Of a DNA stretch of 64,000 nt, positions 35,173-44,143 are shown in pieces. Both the position numbers and the translations under genes were made by a program. The DNA comes from Dehalococcoidia bacterium (GTDB lineage: Bacteria; Chloroflexota; Dehalococcoidia; Lucifugimonadales; UBA3495): the NCBI GenBank assembly GCA_965262595.1, contig OZ253548.1, forward strand, positions 1,051,740 through 1,115,739, read 5' to 3'. The notes under the pieces were generated by a model. It did not search any database and was not told where the DNA came from. It was given only the letters and a program-made list of their open reading frames with translations. Every line of letters starts with the position of its first letter. Positions within the stretch are counted from its first letter, which is position 1.

Positions 35173-36120
35173 CTAAAACACGGCAATAGGATTGACCGGA
35201 GAGCCGGTGGTGTTATGCAGTCGCAAGGGTCCAATAGTTACCAGGAACTCCCAGCGGTTGCGTTGCCGGCAGGCTTCGGCCACATCCTCCAGGTTGGCAT
35301 TGTCCAGAATCCAAAGGCCCATCGCGGTTATCCCCACTTGATGGATCGGCTGGAGCACTCGGGTGTATTGGGCTGGGCTGACATCGTTGCCGGTATCGGA
35401 GCCCAGCACGGCAATACCCCGCTCGTGGAACAGGGGCAGACATGCCGCCTGACACGCCGCGGAACCCGCCGAACGTTCCACTGGGCCTTCCACGTTGCGG
35501 CGGTGAAGTTGGCCGGTGCGCACCAGCAGAATATCCCCTTCCGCCACCTTGAAACCGCAGCGTTCCTCCGCGGCCAGAATGTCCTCGGGCATCACGCCTT
35601 CGCCCCGTTCCAGCCAGTCCACGCCGCGAACCAGCGGCACATCCACCAAGACGCCCCGGGTCATAAAGCCGTTTTTGGCCGCCTCCACCGAACAGACCGT
35701 CGCGCCCATACTGGTGGAAACCAGGTGAGCCGGCTTGCCATTGTAGGTTTTGCCTTCCCAAAAGAAGTGGGCCAGACTATCCACATGGGTAACGGTGTAG
35801 CCATGAAAAATCATCCCGAAATAGTCAATGGCGGCGGCATTGGGTCGGTTGCTAACCTTGTCTCCGCTGCCCCAACCCTCGCCGCTCTCCACCATAAAAT
35901 GTACCGGCGGGGCGGGAGCGTCCAGGCTAGGCTCGAATTGGACGGTGCGGGCCAGCGAAACGGAGACGCCTTCCTGCACCGTAGCCAGAGCGCTCAGGGT
36001 CTTTTCCGGGGTAATCAGGTTAGGGGTGCCCAGCTCGTCGTCGTCCCCCCACCGACCCCAGTTGGAAAATTTCTGAAAATAACCCAGCACTTCCTCTTCA
36101 GTTGGAATCTGTCCCGGCAT
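35173..36120 (-). CDS. Cyclase-family protein (kynurenine formamidase/isatin hydrolase-like fold)
   Basis: FHGYTVTHVDSLAHF matches the HxGTHxDxPxH-type metal motif region. Start moved to the ATG at 36120, behind GGAGGAAGGG. Confidence 0.7.
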   Translation of the reverse strand: MPGQIPTEEEVLGYFQKFSNWGRWGDDDELGTPNLITPEKTLSALATVQEGVSVSLARTVQFEPSLDAPAPPVHFMVESGEGWGSGDKVSNRPNAAAIDYFGMIFHGYTVTHVDSLAHFFWEGKTYNGKPAHLVSTSMGATVCSVEAAKNGFMTRGVLVDVPLVRGVDWLERGEGVMPEDILAAEERCGFKVAEGDILLVRTGQLHRRNVEGPVERSAGSAACQAACLPLFHERGIAVLGSDTGNDVSPAQYTRVLQPIHQVGITAMGLWILDNANLEDVAEACRQRNRWEFLVTIGPLRLHNTTGSPVNPIAVF

Positions 36121-36133
36121 AGTTCCCTTCCTC

Positions 36134-36169
36134 CAATTAGATGTAGTTAAGCAATTAGATGTAGTCAAG
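36134..36169. repeat. 18-bp direct repeat CAATTAGATGTAGTYAAG x2
   Basis: Direct reading. It lies in the divergent region between the cyclase gene and rpmB, just upstream of the cyclase RBS. Confidence 0.9.
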
Positions 36170-36416
36170 CAAATGCGATAGTTGAACTAGCGGATATTAG
36201 GGCAACCGCAGTAGCGGCTCCGGGGCATTATGCCCGATTCAAGGGCTAAGGCGCAATAATGATATTGGAACTGAGGTCGCCTGGAATACGGCGAGTCCAG
36301 GAGCAGCAAAAGTGCGGGATTGAGCCAATTAGGGCAGGCGGTCGGTAGATACCTACTTGTACGATAGCGGTTAGTGTGGTAACCTGAGCGACACTCTAAA
36401 GGATGAGTTTTAAGCT

Positions 36417-36626
36417 ATGCAGTGCCAAATTTGTAAAAAGTCCGGTATGTCGGGCAACAATGTCAGCCACTCTAACCGGCACACCAAAACCCGATTCAAG
36501 GCGAACGTTCACAAGCAGACCATCTCGCTAAACGGCAAGGTACAGCGGGTCAAGATTTGCAGCCGCTGCCTGCGGACGCTGCACAAGCCGCCGCGGATCA
36601 GGTCCAAAGCCGTCGTTACTGCCTAA
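36417..36626 (+). CDS. rpmB: 50S ribosomal protein L28
   Basis: MQCQICKKSGMSGNNVSHSNRHTKTRFKANVHKQT… is a canonical L28. Confidence 0.95.
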   Translation: MQCQICKKSGMSGNNVSHSNRHTKTRFKANVHKQTISLNGKVQRVKICSRCLRTLHKPPRIRSKAVVTA

Positions 36627-36631
36627 AGGTC

Positions 36632-36656
36632 GGCGCCAGGCTTGACGCCTGGCGCC
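36632..36656 (+). terminator. Perfect 10-bp hairpin after rpmB (no U tract)
   Basis: GGCGCCAGGC-TTGAC-GCCTGGCGCC, 6 nt after the rpmB stop. Confidence 0.4.
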
Positions 36657-36778
36657 ATAAGCAATGCTTAAGTGGTAGCGGGCGCTTGTTTCAGAACGGC
36701 CGGGTTTGCTGCCAGTCTCAACAGCTCCGAAATAATCGGCCTGTCCGATTGCCTGTTTTGTACCAGCCGGCTAATTTC

Positions 36779-37471
36779 CTAGTCCTCGGGCTTCAGGCCT
36801 CTCAAACAGTTTCGCATCTTTTCCATCGCCGCCTGAACCGGTTCATCCCGGTTATAAATGGCGGTGCCCGCCACCAGAATAGAAGCTCCGGCGCGCACCG
36901 AATCCTGCGCCGTTTGGTCTGCCTTTACTCCGCCGTCCACTTCAATCCGGGTCCCATAACCTTTGGCCCGGATTATTTCGGAAAGCCGCCGCACTTTGTC
37001 CAGGGCGCTGGGTATAAAGCTCTGCCCGCCAAAGCCGGGGTTCACCGTCATTACCAGCACAATATCCAAAAAAGGCAGCACTTCCTCGATCGCTGCTATC
37101 GGGGTGCCGGGGTTTATCGCCACGCCGACCGCCGCCCCCTGTTCCTTGACCTGAAACACGGTGCGGTGCAAATGCTTACAAGCCTCGGCGTGAACTATTA
37201 CCTGGTCGGTGGCCGATTTCAGGAAGGACGGCATCAAGTTGCCCGGCTCTTCGATCATCAGGTGAATGTTTAAAGGTAGATGGGTGTATTTCCGAACCGC
37301 GTCCACCACCACTTCCCCGAAGGAAATATTGGGTACAAACCGCCCGTCCATCACGTCAACGTGAATCAGGTCGGCGCCGGCCTCGGTAGCCTCCTGCACT
37401 TGCCGTCCCAAGTTGGCAAAGTCGGCGGCCAAAATGGACGGCGCAACCTGTATATAAGCTTCAGATGTCAT
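36779..37471 (-). CDS. rpe: Ribulose-phosphate 3-epimerase
   Basis: VAPSILAADFANLGRQV…HVDVMDGRFVPNISFG…MTVNPGFGGQ. Confidence 0.95.
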   Translation of the reverse strand: MTSEAYIQVAPSILAADFANLGRQVQEATEAGADLIHVDVMDGRFVPNISFGEVVVDAVRKYTHLPLNIHLMIEEPGNLMPSFLKSATDQVIVHAEACKHLHRTVFQVKEQGAAVGVAINPGTPIAAIEEVLPFLDIVLVMTVNPGFGGQSFIPSALDKVRRLSEIIRAKGYGTRIEVDGGVKADQTAQDSVRAGASILVAGTAIYNRDEPVQAAMEKMRNCLRGLKPED

Positions 37472-38918
37472 CGCCTTCCGCCTCCAGCAACTGCCTGGCC
37501 CGATTCAACTCGTCGGACACCCGGTTAGGGGCTGTTCCACCGGGATTGTCCCGGGCGACCACCGAGGCCAGGGCCGTTATTTTGTAAACGCCGGCATCAA
37601 ACTGGGCGGAAAACCGCCGATAATCTTCCAGGGAAAGGGCCGACAGTTCTCTTTCTTCAGCTTCACAGTATTCGCACAGTTGGCGCATAATGCCGTGAGC
37701 CTCGCGGAAGGGAACCCCTTTCCCCACCAGGTAATCGGCCAAGTCAGTGGACAGCATATAACCTTCGCCGGCCAGCCTGGTCAGTTGATCCTGGTTCAAA
37801 GTAAGCCCAGCCAGCATTCCCTGAAACACTTGCAGGGTAGCTGACAGGGTATCCACCGTATCAAAAAAGCCTTCCTTGTCTTCCTGCAAATCCCGGTTGT
37901 AGGTCAGGGGCAGACCCTTCATTACGGTTAGCAGGGCCATCAGGTCGCCGTAAACCCGACCGGTCTTGCCCCGGGCAAGTTCGGCGAAGTCAGGGTTGCG
38001 CTTCTGCGGCATGATACTGCTGCCGGTAGTGAACTCATCGGATAACCGAATAAAGCTGAATTCCCGGCTGGACCAGATGACTATCTCCTCTGCCATCCGG
38101 GACAGATGCATCATGCAGATGGACGCGGCCGATTGGTACTCCAGCAGAAAATCCCGGTCGGAAACGGCGTCCATGCTGTTGGCCGTAATCTCACTGAAAC
38201 CCAATTCCTGGGCCAGAAACTCCCGGTCGGTGGGGTAAGGCACTCCGGCCAGGGCGCCGCTGCCCAGCGGAAGTACGTCGGTACGGCGGAAACAATCCCT
38301 GAACCGGGCAATATCCCGCTGAAACATCTGAAAGTACGCCAGCAAGTGATGCGAGAACATTACCGGCTGCGCCCGCTGCAGGTGGGTATAGCCGGGCATC
38401 AGCGTTTCCCGGTACTTTTCGGCCAGGTCAACCAGCGCCCGCTCCAACCCCCGAAGACCTTTGACCGTGTCCCGAATCACCTCCCGGGTATATAGGCGCA
38501 AGTCCAGGGCTATTTGGTCGTTTCGGGAGCGTCCGGTGTGCAGCCGCCCGCCGACCGCACCGATAAGCTGGGTAAGCCGCCGCTCGATGTTCATGTGCAG
38601 GTCTTCCAAGGCGGCGTCCCAGGGGAAATCGCCGGACTCTATCTCTCGCTCGACGGAATTAAGCCCGCCAATAATGGCTTCGGTATCCGCAGCGGAAATT
38701 ATGCCCTGCCGGCCCAGCATCCGGGCGTGAGCAATGGAGCCGGCAATGTCCTGCCGATACAGGCGACGGTCGTAATGGATTGATACGGTATAGCTGCTGA
38801 AATCGGTCACGGGCGCGTTGCTATCCCTCCGCGGAATTGAAAAGTGGGGCAAACAGGCAGTCCAGCCCGGACTACGGGTACGCCTGCTTGCCGGCGACAT
38901 CCAGTATAGCATTCTCAT
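37461..38918 (-). CDS. argH: Argininosuccinate lyase
   Basis: DIAGSIAHARML, TGRSRNDQ and GSSIMPQKRNPD signature blocks. The N-terminal ~35 aa are atypical and the start is uncertain (38918 or 38900). Confidence 0.9.
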   Translation of the reverse strand: MRMLYWMSPASRRTRSPGWTACLPHFSIPRRDSNAPVTDFSSYTVSIHYDRRLYRQDIAGSIAHARMLGRQGIISAADTEAIIGGLNSVEREIESGDFPWDAALEDLHMNIERRLTQLIGAVGGRLHTGRSRNDQIALDLRLYTREVIRDTVKGLRGLERALVDLAEKYRETLMPGYTHLQRAQPVMFSHHLLAYFQMFQRDIARFRDCFRRTDVLPLGSGALAGVPYPTDREFLAQELGFSEITANSMDAVSDRDFLLEYQSAASICMMHLSRMAEEIVIWSSREFSFIRLSDEFTTGSSIMPQKRNPDFAELARGKTGRVYGDLMALLTVMKGLPLTYNRDLQEDKEGFFDTVDTLSATLQVFQGMLAGLTLNQDQLTRLAGEGYMLSTDLADYLVGKGVPFREAHGIMRQLCEYCEAEERELSALSLEDYRRFSAQFDAGVYKITALASVVARDNPGGTAPNRVSDELNRARQLLEAEGDDI

Positions 38919-38966
38919 GCTACCGGACGAGCCGCCATTAGCCGGCGCCGGCTCGGTCAGACTCCG

Positions 38967-39044
38967 CTAACCCGCTGACCGGCTAACCGGCTGACCGGCT
39001 GACCGGCTGACCGGCTAACCGGCTAACCGGTTGACCGGCTAACC
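38967..39044. repeat. 8-bp microsatellite CTRACCGG x about 10
   Basis: Direct reading: CTAACCCG CTGACCGG CTAACCGG CTGACCGG x3 CTAACCGG x2 TTGACCGG CTAACC. It lies between the stop at 39050 and the argH start. Confidence 0.95.
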
Positions 39045-39049
39045 AAAAG

Positions 39050-39877
39050 CTACTTGCTGGAAGCAACGTGCAGAAATTCATAGCTGGCCGAAAGGTTGTT
39101 AAAAACATCCTCGTGGGGCGGAATTTCCATAATCGCCGGCCCCTGGTAGTCCTTGGCCTCCAGCAGCCGCAGCATCTGCCCGCAGTCCAGGTCTCCGGTG
39201 TCCACCGAAGGATGGGGATTGCCGTCGCGAGCCTGCTTGAAGTGGACAATTTTGAGCATATCCAGCGGCAGGGAATCCAGTTCGGCCAGGGGGTCGCTTT
39301 CCGGAAAGCGCCGCAGTTGGTTGGTGGCGTCGGGGCACAAACCCAGATACTCCCCCGCTTCGGGGGGAAGTTGGGCGCGGCACTCCCGGACCAGTAGCGC
39401 CATGCTGCGTATGGGTTGGCCGGAGTTCTCAATGGAAAAGATAACCCCTTGTCTGGCCGCCTCCCGGGTCAGCTCAGTTACTCCCAGCGCAGCTTCCGGC
39501 AAGTCTGCCGGCTTCTCCCACACCGTATCAAATGAACTCGGGTCCACGACACGCAAATGCGGGGTTTCCCGGCCCACAATCCTGGCGCCTTCCAATGCCA
39601 TCTGAAACTGCTCGCCGGCCGGGTCAACCTGGCTGGTAAGGCAAGGCAGCGCCATGGCCAGGTCAAAAGCCAAGTCCGGAAAACCATCAGCGATGGCTTG
39701 CAGTCCGGGCAAATTGGGCCGCCACTCCGCTCCCTGACCGCTCTCACAGTCTCCCAAACAAGTCTGCCGCAACTCAATGTGCCGGGAGCCTCGGGACTCG
39801 GCCTCGCTAATTAATTCCGCCAGTCCCTGACTTTGCAAATGGTTGCGCCACGAGTTGGTTATCGCTCCGAAAATCAT
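39050..39877 (-). CDS. Sugar phosphate isomerase/epimerase (xylose isomerase-like TIM barrel)
   Basis: 275 aa with the pattern HIELR…, …FSIEN… and …HFKQ…, typical of AP endonuclease 2 / xylose isomerase-like barrels. Confidence 0.65.
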   Translation of the reverse strand: MIFGAITNSWRNHLQSQGLAELISEAESRGSRHIELRQTCLGDCESGQGAEWRPNLPGLQAIADGFPDLAFDLAMALPCLTSQVDPAGEQFQMALEGARIVGRETPHLRVVDPSSFDTVWEKPADLPEAALGVTELTREAARQGVIFSIENSGQPIRSMALLVRECRAQLPPEAGEYLGLCPDATNQLRRFPESDPLAELDSLPLDMLKIVHFKQARDGNPHPSVDTGDLDCGQMLRLLEAKDYQGPAIMEIPPHEDVFNNLSASYEFLHVASSK

Positions 39878-40202
39878 GGTTCATCACCTCCAACCGGGTT
39901 GACTTTCTTAACCCTGACTATACTCCTGTATATCGGGATTGCTCAATAGTTGTGGACTACAGGAACTTTTATCCTTCGGCACAAGACCGAGGAATGGCAA
40001 CTCATGCATCCTTCAGGAATAGCGAATTGGCATAAAATCCGGGACTTGAAACCGGACTCTTGACCTACTACAATCGGGCCGAGCCAGACTGGCTGTGTGT
40101 TAAAATGGCTTTGAGCAACCCTTATGTAAAGCAAACCTTCAGGCAAATTGCCAATGCATCAAATGGCGCCACGGTAAACTTCGTTAAACAGAGGAGGCTA
40201 AT

Positions 40203-40562
40203 ATGGCTCAACTTTATCAGGAAAAGTGCGTTGCCTGCCGCCGGGATTCTCCATCGGTGACCGACGGGGAAATTCAGGAGCTACACCCTACGGTGTCGGA
40301 TTGGAGCCTGATGAACGACTCCGGAGTGCCCAAACTAGACCGGGTTTTTAGTTTTAGCAACTTCCAGCAGGCCCTGACTTTTACCAACACGATCGGTGAA
40401 TTGGCCGAGGCGGAGGGTCATCACCCCAAGCTGGTCACCGAGTGGGGACGGGTCGAAGTGACCTGGTGGACGCACAAGATACGGAACCTGCACCGCAATG
40501 ACTTCATCATGGCCGCCAAAACCGACCGCCTCTTTGAAGAATTGGCTTTAACCACGAAATGA
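40203..40562 (+). CDS. phhB: 4a-hydroxytetrahydrobiopterin dehydratase (PCD/DCoH)
   Basis: …FQQALTFTNTIGELAEAEGHHPKLVTEWGRVEVTWWTHKIRNLHRNDFIMAAKTD. Confidence 0.85.
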   Translation: MAQLYQEKCVACRRDSPSVTDGEIQELHPTVSDWSLMNDSGVPKLDRVFSFSNFQQALTFTNTIGELAEAEGHHPKLVTEWGRVEVTWWTHKIRNLHRNDFIMAAKTDRLFEELALTTK

Positions 40563-40724
40563 TGAAACCGGCGGGTTGAAAATCAAAGGGTCTCTCACTG
40601 GAAACCGGAACCGGCAGCGCCGCCAAGGCCCGGGCCCCAACCCCGGACTCGGCGGCCTGGCAGAGAACCTCCCAGACTACCGCCGGCTGGCTAATTGAAG
40701 ATAAGCAAAAAGGATAAAGGATAA

Positions 40725-41753
40725 GTGAATATGCGGGTGATCTACTCCCTGAAATCCCGGGATGTGCGAGGGGTAGCTGCCGAGGCGGCCTGGGCCGAGA
40801 TGATCGGCTATGACGGAGTGGCCAGCAACGAGACGGCTCACGACCCGTTCATCGCCCTGACCCTGGCCGCCACCGCCACTTCCCGGGTTACCCTGGAAAC
40901 CCACGTCGCTATTGCCTTTCCCCGCTCGCCGATGGTGGTAGCCTACACCGCTCGGGACTTGCAGGACTTGTCCCAAGGCCGGTTGCGGCTGGGCTTGGGA
41001 ACGCAAGTAAAGGGGCACATCGAGCGGCGCTTTTCCACGGTCTGGGAGTCGCCCGGCCCCAAATTGCGGGAGTACATTCGCGCGCTGCGCCATATTTGGG
41101 ATGCTTGGGACCGGGAGGTTCCGCTAAGCTTTAACGGCCGTTTCTATCAATTCTCTCTGATGACACCCTTTTTCAATCCGGGTCCCGGCCAGTACGGACC
41201 CCCGCCGATCTTTAACGCGGCGGTCAACGCTTACAACTGCCGGGTGGCCGGCGAGGTCAGTGACGGGCTGGTGCTGCACACCTTTACCACGGCGGAATAC
41301 CTGCGCCAAGTGGTACTGCCCAACGTTGCCGCCGGAGCGCAAAAGGCCGAGCGCGACCCGAGGGAGATAACGATCAACGGAGGCGGCTTCATAGTGACGG
41401 GCGCCAGCCGGGCCGCCCTTAAAGCAGCCGACCGGGAAACCCGCCGCCGCATCGCCTTTTACGCCTCCACCCGTACCTATTTGCCGGTGCTGGAATGCCA
41501 CGGCTTTCAGGACGTTGGGCAGCGGCTGTACCAAATGTCCGTGGAGGGAAGGTGGGACGAGATGGGTTCCCTGGTCAGCGATGAGATGCTCGACGCATTT
41601 GCGGTTGTTGGGGAGTACGACGAAATTGCCGACAAGCTGCTGGAGCGGTACCGTGGGCTGCTTAACGAAGTTAGCCTGTCGATAGTTACGGACGGGGAGG
41701 CCGACGAAGGGGAATTGCGGGGCATTATCCGCCGGTTGCAGGAAACGGAGTAG
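40725..41753 (+). CDS. LLM-class (luciferase-like) F420/flavin-dependent oxidoreductase
   Basis: TIM-barrel LLM pattern (…RLRLGLGTQVKGHIERRF…). 342 aa. The start may be the ATG at 40731. Confidence 0.75.
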   Translation: MNMRVIYSLKSRDVRGVAAEAAWAEMIGYDGVASNETAHDPFIALTLAATATSRVTLETHVAIAFPRSPMVVAYTARDLQDLSQGRLRLGLGTQVKGHIERRFSTVWESPGPKLREYIRALRHIWDAWDREVPLSFNGRFYQFSLMTPFFNPGPGQYGPPPIFNAAVNAYNCRVAGEVSDGLVLHTFTTAEYLRQVVLPNVAAGAQKAERDPREITINGGGFIVTGASRAALKAADRETRRRIAFYASTRTYLPVLECHGFQDVGQRLYQMSVEGRWDEMGSLVSDEMLDAFAVVGEYDEIADKLLERYRGLLNEVSLSIVTDGEADEGELRGIIRRLQETE

Positions 41754-41879
41754 CTGTAGGAAAGGCAGTCAGTCCAGCCGGAAGGATCCCATCCCTCCCG
41801 GGCATTGCCCCCACCGATTGAGACCTAAGGGCGTAGGGGAATTACCTCTCCGGCCAGTCTTCCGTGCGGGGTTGTTATT

Positions 41880-42614
41880 TTGGATGCACCGAGCTTCAAG
41901 GGGGGAAATGAAACCCAACTTACTTATTCGCTGAAATGGGCGGCTTGGGAATGGCTATACACCGTAGCTCAGTGCCGTTGCATTGGCATGGAAGTAAAGC
42001 TGGAAGGCCCCGGCGGTCGAATTGTTGACCTGGCCGGAGTTGGCCCAGGCAACACTATTTACGTGGTTGAAGTGAAATCCAGCCGGTCCGACTTTGCCCG
42101 GGATAACCATACCCTACGAGACTTGGCCGCAGTAAAGGAACAGGGTAAGTCCCTGGCCCGGCGAGTCCTACTCAACCAACAAATCTTGACCCAAGCCCAG
42201 GAACCGGAAATGTCCGCCAGGAAGCGCCACCCATCCGACACCCTGACTCATCACTCCGCCTATCAAACGGCGCTGGCCGACAGCGAACGCTTACAAAAGG
42301 AAGAAACGTCCTACCGCAACCGGCTGGCTGCCTATAGCATCAAGTTTCACGACCCTGGTTTTCTAGCCATCGCCGACTACCACTACATCATGGCGCCCCA
42401 CGGCGTGGCGCTCCGCCGGGAAGTGCCTCCCCAGTGGGGTTTGCTAAACGAAATCCCGGAAGTAATTGTGGCGGCGCCACTAAAGGAAATCCGCAAGAAT
42501 ACCGGCATCATTTCCAACGTCCTGCGGGCCATTGCCCGGAGTAACAGCGCCTCAATGATGCGCGCCCAAGGAGTGCGATTCACCGAGGACGGTGCCACAT
42601 TTTCGGAACGCTAG
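41880..42614 (+). CDS. MmcB-family PD-(D/E)XK nuclease-like protein with an internal insertion
   Basis: IVDLAGV…IYVVEVKSSRSDF core (D…EVK), followed by …DYHYIMAP…PPQWGLL. TTG start. Confidence 0.55.
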   Translation: MDAPSFKGGNETQLTYSLKWAAWEWLYTVAQCRCIGMEVKLEGPGGRIVDLAGVGPGNTIYVVEVKSSRSDFARDNHTLRDLAAVKEQGKSLARRVLLNQQILTQAQEPEMSARKRHPSDTLTHHSAYQTALADSERLQKEETSYRNRLAAYSIKFHDPGFLAIADYHYIMAPHGVALRREVPPQWGLLNEIPEVIVAAPLKEIRKNTGIISNVLRAIARSNSASMMRAQGVRFTEDGATFSER

Positions 42615-42671
42615 CTCCAAAACCCCGGGCCGCCAATCGCCCCCACCGTCAATCAGGTCGTAGATAAACTG

Positions 42672-42699
42672 GCGCCGCGGCGAAGTAAGGCCGCGGCGC
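42672..42699. terminator. Perfect 10-bp GC hairpin between convergent genes
   Basis: GCGCCGCGGC-GAAGTAAG-GCCGCGGCGC. No clear U tract. Confidence 0.4.
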
Positions 42700-42737
42700 A
42701 GTGGAACCGTTGAAAAGCCGGGAAGCCGGGGTTGAAC

Positions 42738-43091
42738 CTAACTGCCGGTGGTCTGGTCTTCCAGGTGAACGGTGGCGGTTACCCGGGGAATGCTGCTGGA
42801 AACCCGGGTAGTGTGGCCCTGTCCGGTCAGGTCTTCCACCAGATTTACGTGCCCGGGGCCAAACTTGTGCACCGAGCCGTCGCCCAGTCCGATTTCTCCT
42901 TCGCCGGAAACCGTAATGACATACTGGCGCCGGGGGGCGTTATGCCAGTCGCTGAAGCGTCCCGGTTCAGCCACGCTAAAGGCAATGCCGGTAGCGCCCT
43001 GAAGTTCGGTTAAAGTGGGGTGCGAAGCCGGGTCCAGCTCTTCGATATGCGCCTGTCCGTCACTGCCGGTATAAAGTCTGGTTATAGCCAT
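42738..43091 (-). CDS. Cupin domain protein
   Basis: 117 aa with a single cupin beta-barrel pattern (…WHNAPRRQYVITVSGEGEIGLGDG…). Confidence 0.65.
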   Translation of the reverse strand: MAITRLYTGSDGQAHIEELDPASHPTLTELQGATGIAFSVAEPGRFSDWHNAPRRQYVITVSGEGEIGLGDGSVHKFGPGHVNLVEDLTGQGHTTRVSSSIPRVTATVHLEDQTTGS

Positions 43092-43191
43092 AGCTTGTCC
43101 TCCTGATTTCGACGTTTTTTCATGCCCTGACTTAGGACTTCTTGGACCAATTTGAAAGACCGAGTCCCTTAAAGGGAACTTCCTTCAAGAC

Positions 43192-43938
43192 TCAAGAGTT
43201 CAGAAACTTCCAGTCGAGGGATCCCAGGTGAAAACTAACGCGGCGAAAACCTTCGGCGTGGGCCAAACCGGCCTTTTCGCCCTGGTGCGCCGTACCGCTC
43301 TTTACTCGCTCCAGGCGCTGCTCCGGCGTGCGCCGCTGCATCTGGCTAACATGGTGGCTGAGAGAATCCGCCTTCATATCCAGGTAGCCGCTTACGTCTA
43401 TGAAAACATCCGGGCTTTCGGTTCCCCACAAGTAAGCTTCTTTAGCGCAGTGGGGCTGCAGACCCTCGGCGGTGATTTGCTCCGGGAACTGCTGGTAACT
43501 CCAGGCATAGGTAAAGGCGGCGTCCAAAGCCACCTGGCCGCTCATCCGGTGGTCGCGGTGCGTGTGGCTGGCAACGCGGTACGGGTCAATGCAAAAAATT
43601 AGCTCCGGCCGGTGACGCCGAATTTCCCGCACCACCTCGCTCCGAAAACGTCCATTGTCTTCCAGGGTGCCATCGGGATGGGCCAGGAATACCACGTCCT
43701 TAACCCCCAATGATGCCGAGGCATTGCGCTGTTCCTGCTCTCTGATTTCCGCCAACACGGATGGGGACATCTCCCGATCCGAGGTACCCTTGTCCCCATT
43801 AGTACACATCAGCACCACTACCTCGGTGCCTGCTTCCTTAATCCACTTTGCCATCGTTGCTCCGCAGCCACCCTCAGCATCATCGGGATGAGGGGTTACT
43901 ACCAGAGCGCTCCGAGGCGGGTCGGTAATGATTTCCAT
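43192..43938 (-). CDS. PIG-L/LmbE-family deacetylase
   Basis: VVTPHPDDAEGGCG and HRDH motifs. Confidence 0.85.
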   Translation of the reverse strand: MEIITDPPRSALVVTPHPDDAEGGCGATMAKWIKEAGTEVVVLMCTNGDKGTSDREMSPSVLAEIREQEQRNASASLGVKDVVFLAHPDGTLEDNGRFRSEVVREIRRHRPELIFCIDPYRVASHTHRDHRMSGQVALDAAFTYAWSYQQFPEQITAEGLQPHCAKEAYLWGTESPDVFIDVSGYLDMKADSLSHHVSQMQRRTPEQRLERVKSGTAHQGEKAGLAHAEGFRRVSFHLGSLDWKFLNS

Positions 43939-44143
43939 TCAGGATATATTCCTTTCCTTAATTCAGCGCCTCGACCGGAGTCTGCCGTAGGTCAATGACT
44001 GCCGGCCCGGCCGGGACTTGCAGCCAATTCTTTGATTGCCATTAACTGGTCAAGTTTGACCCGGCTAAACGAACTCTTCCGGTCGGGCGCCCCAGTCAAT
44101 TACTCCTGCCGATTGACTGCGAGTTCCCCGATCCCAATGGAAG

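Noticed and set aside
38967-39044. Possible CRISPR array (also considered for 9302-9346, 30405-30438 and 52284-52331).
   Set aside because: The units are only 8-12 bp and directly abutting, with no unique spacers. No cas genes are in the window. These are microsatellites or direct repeats, not CRISPR.
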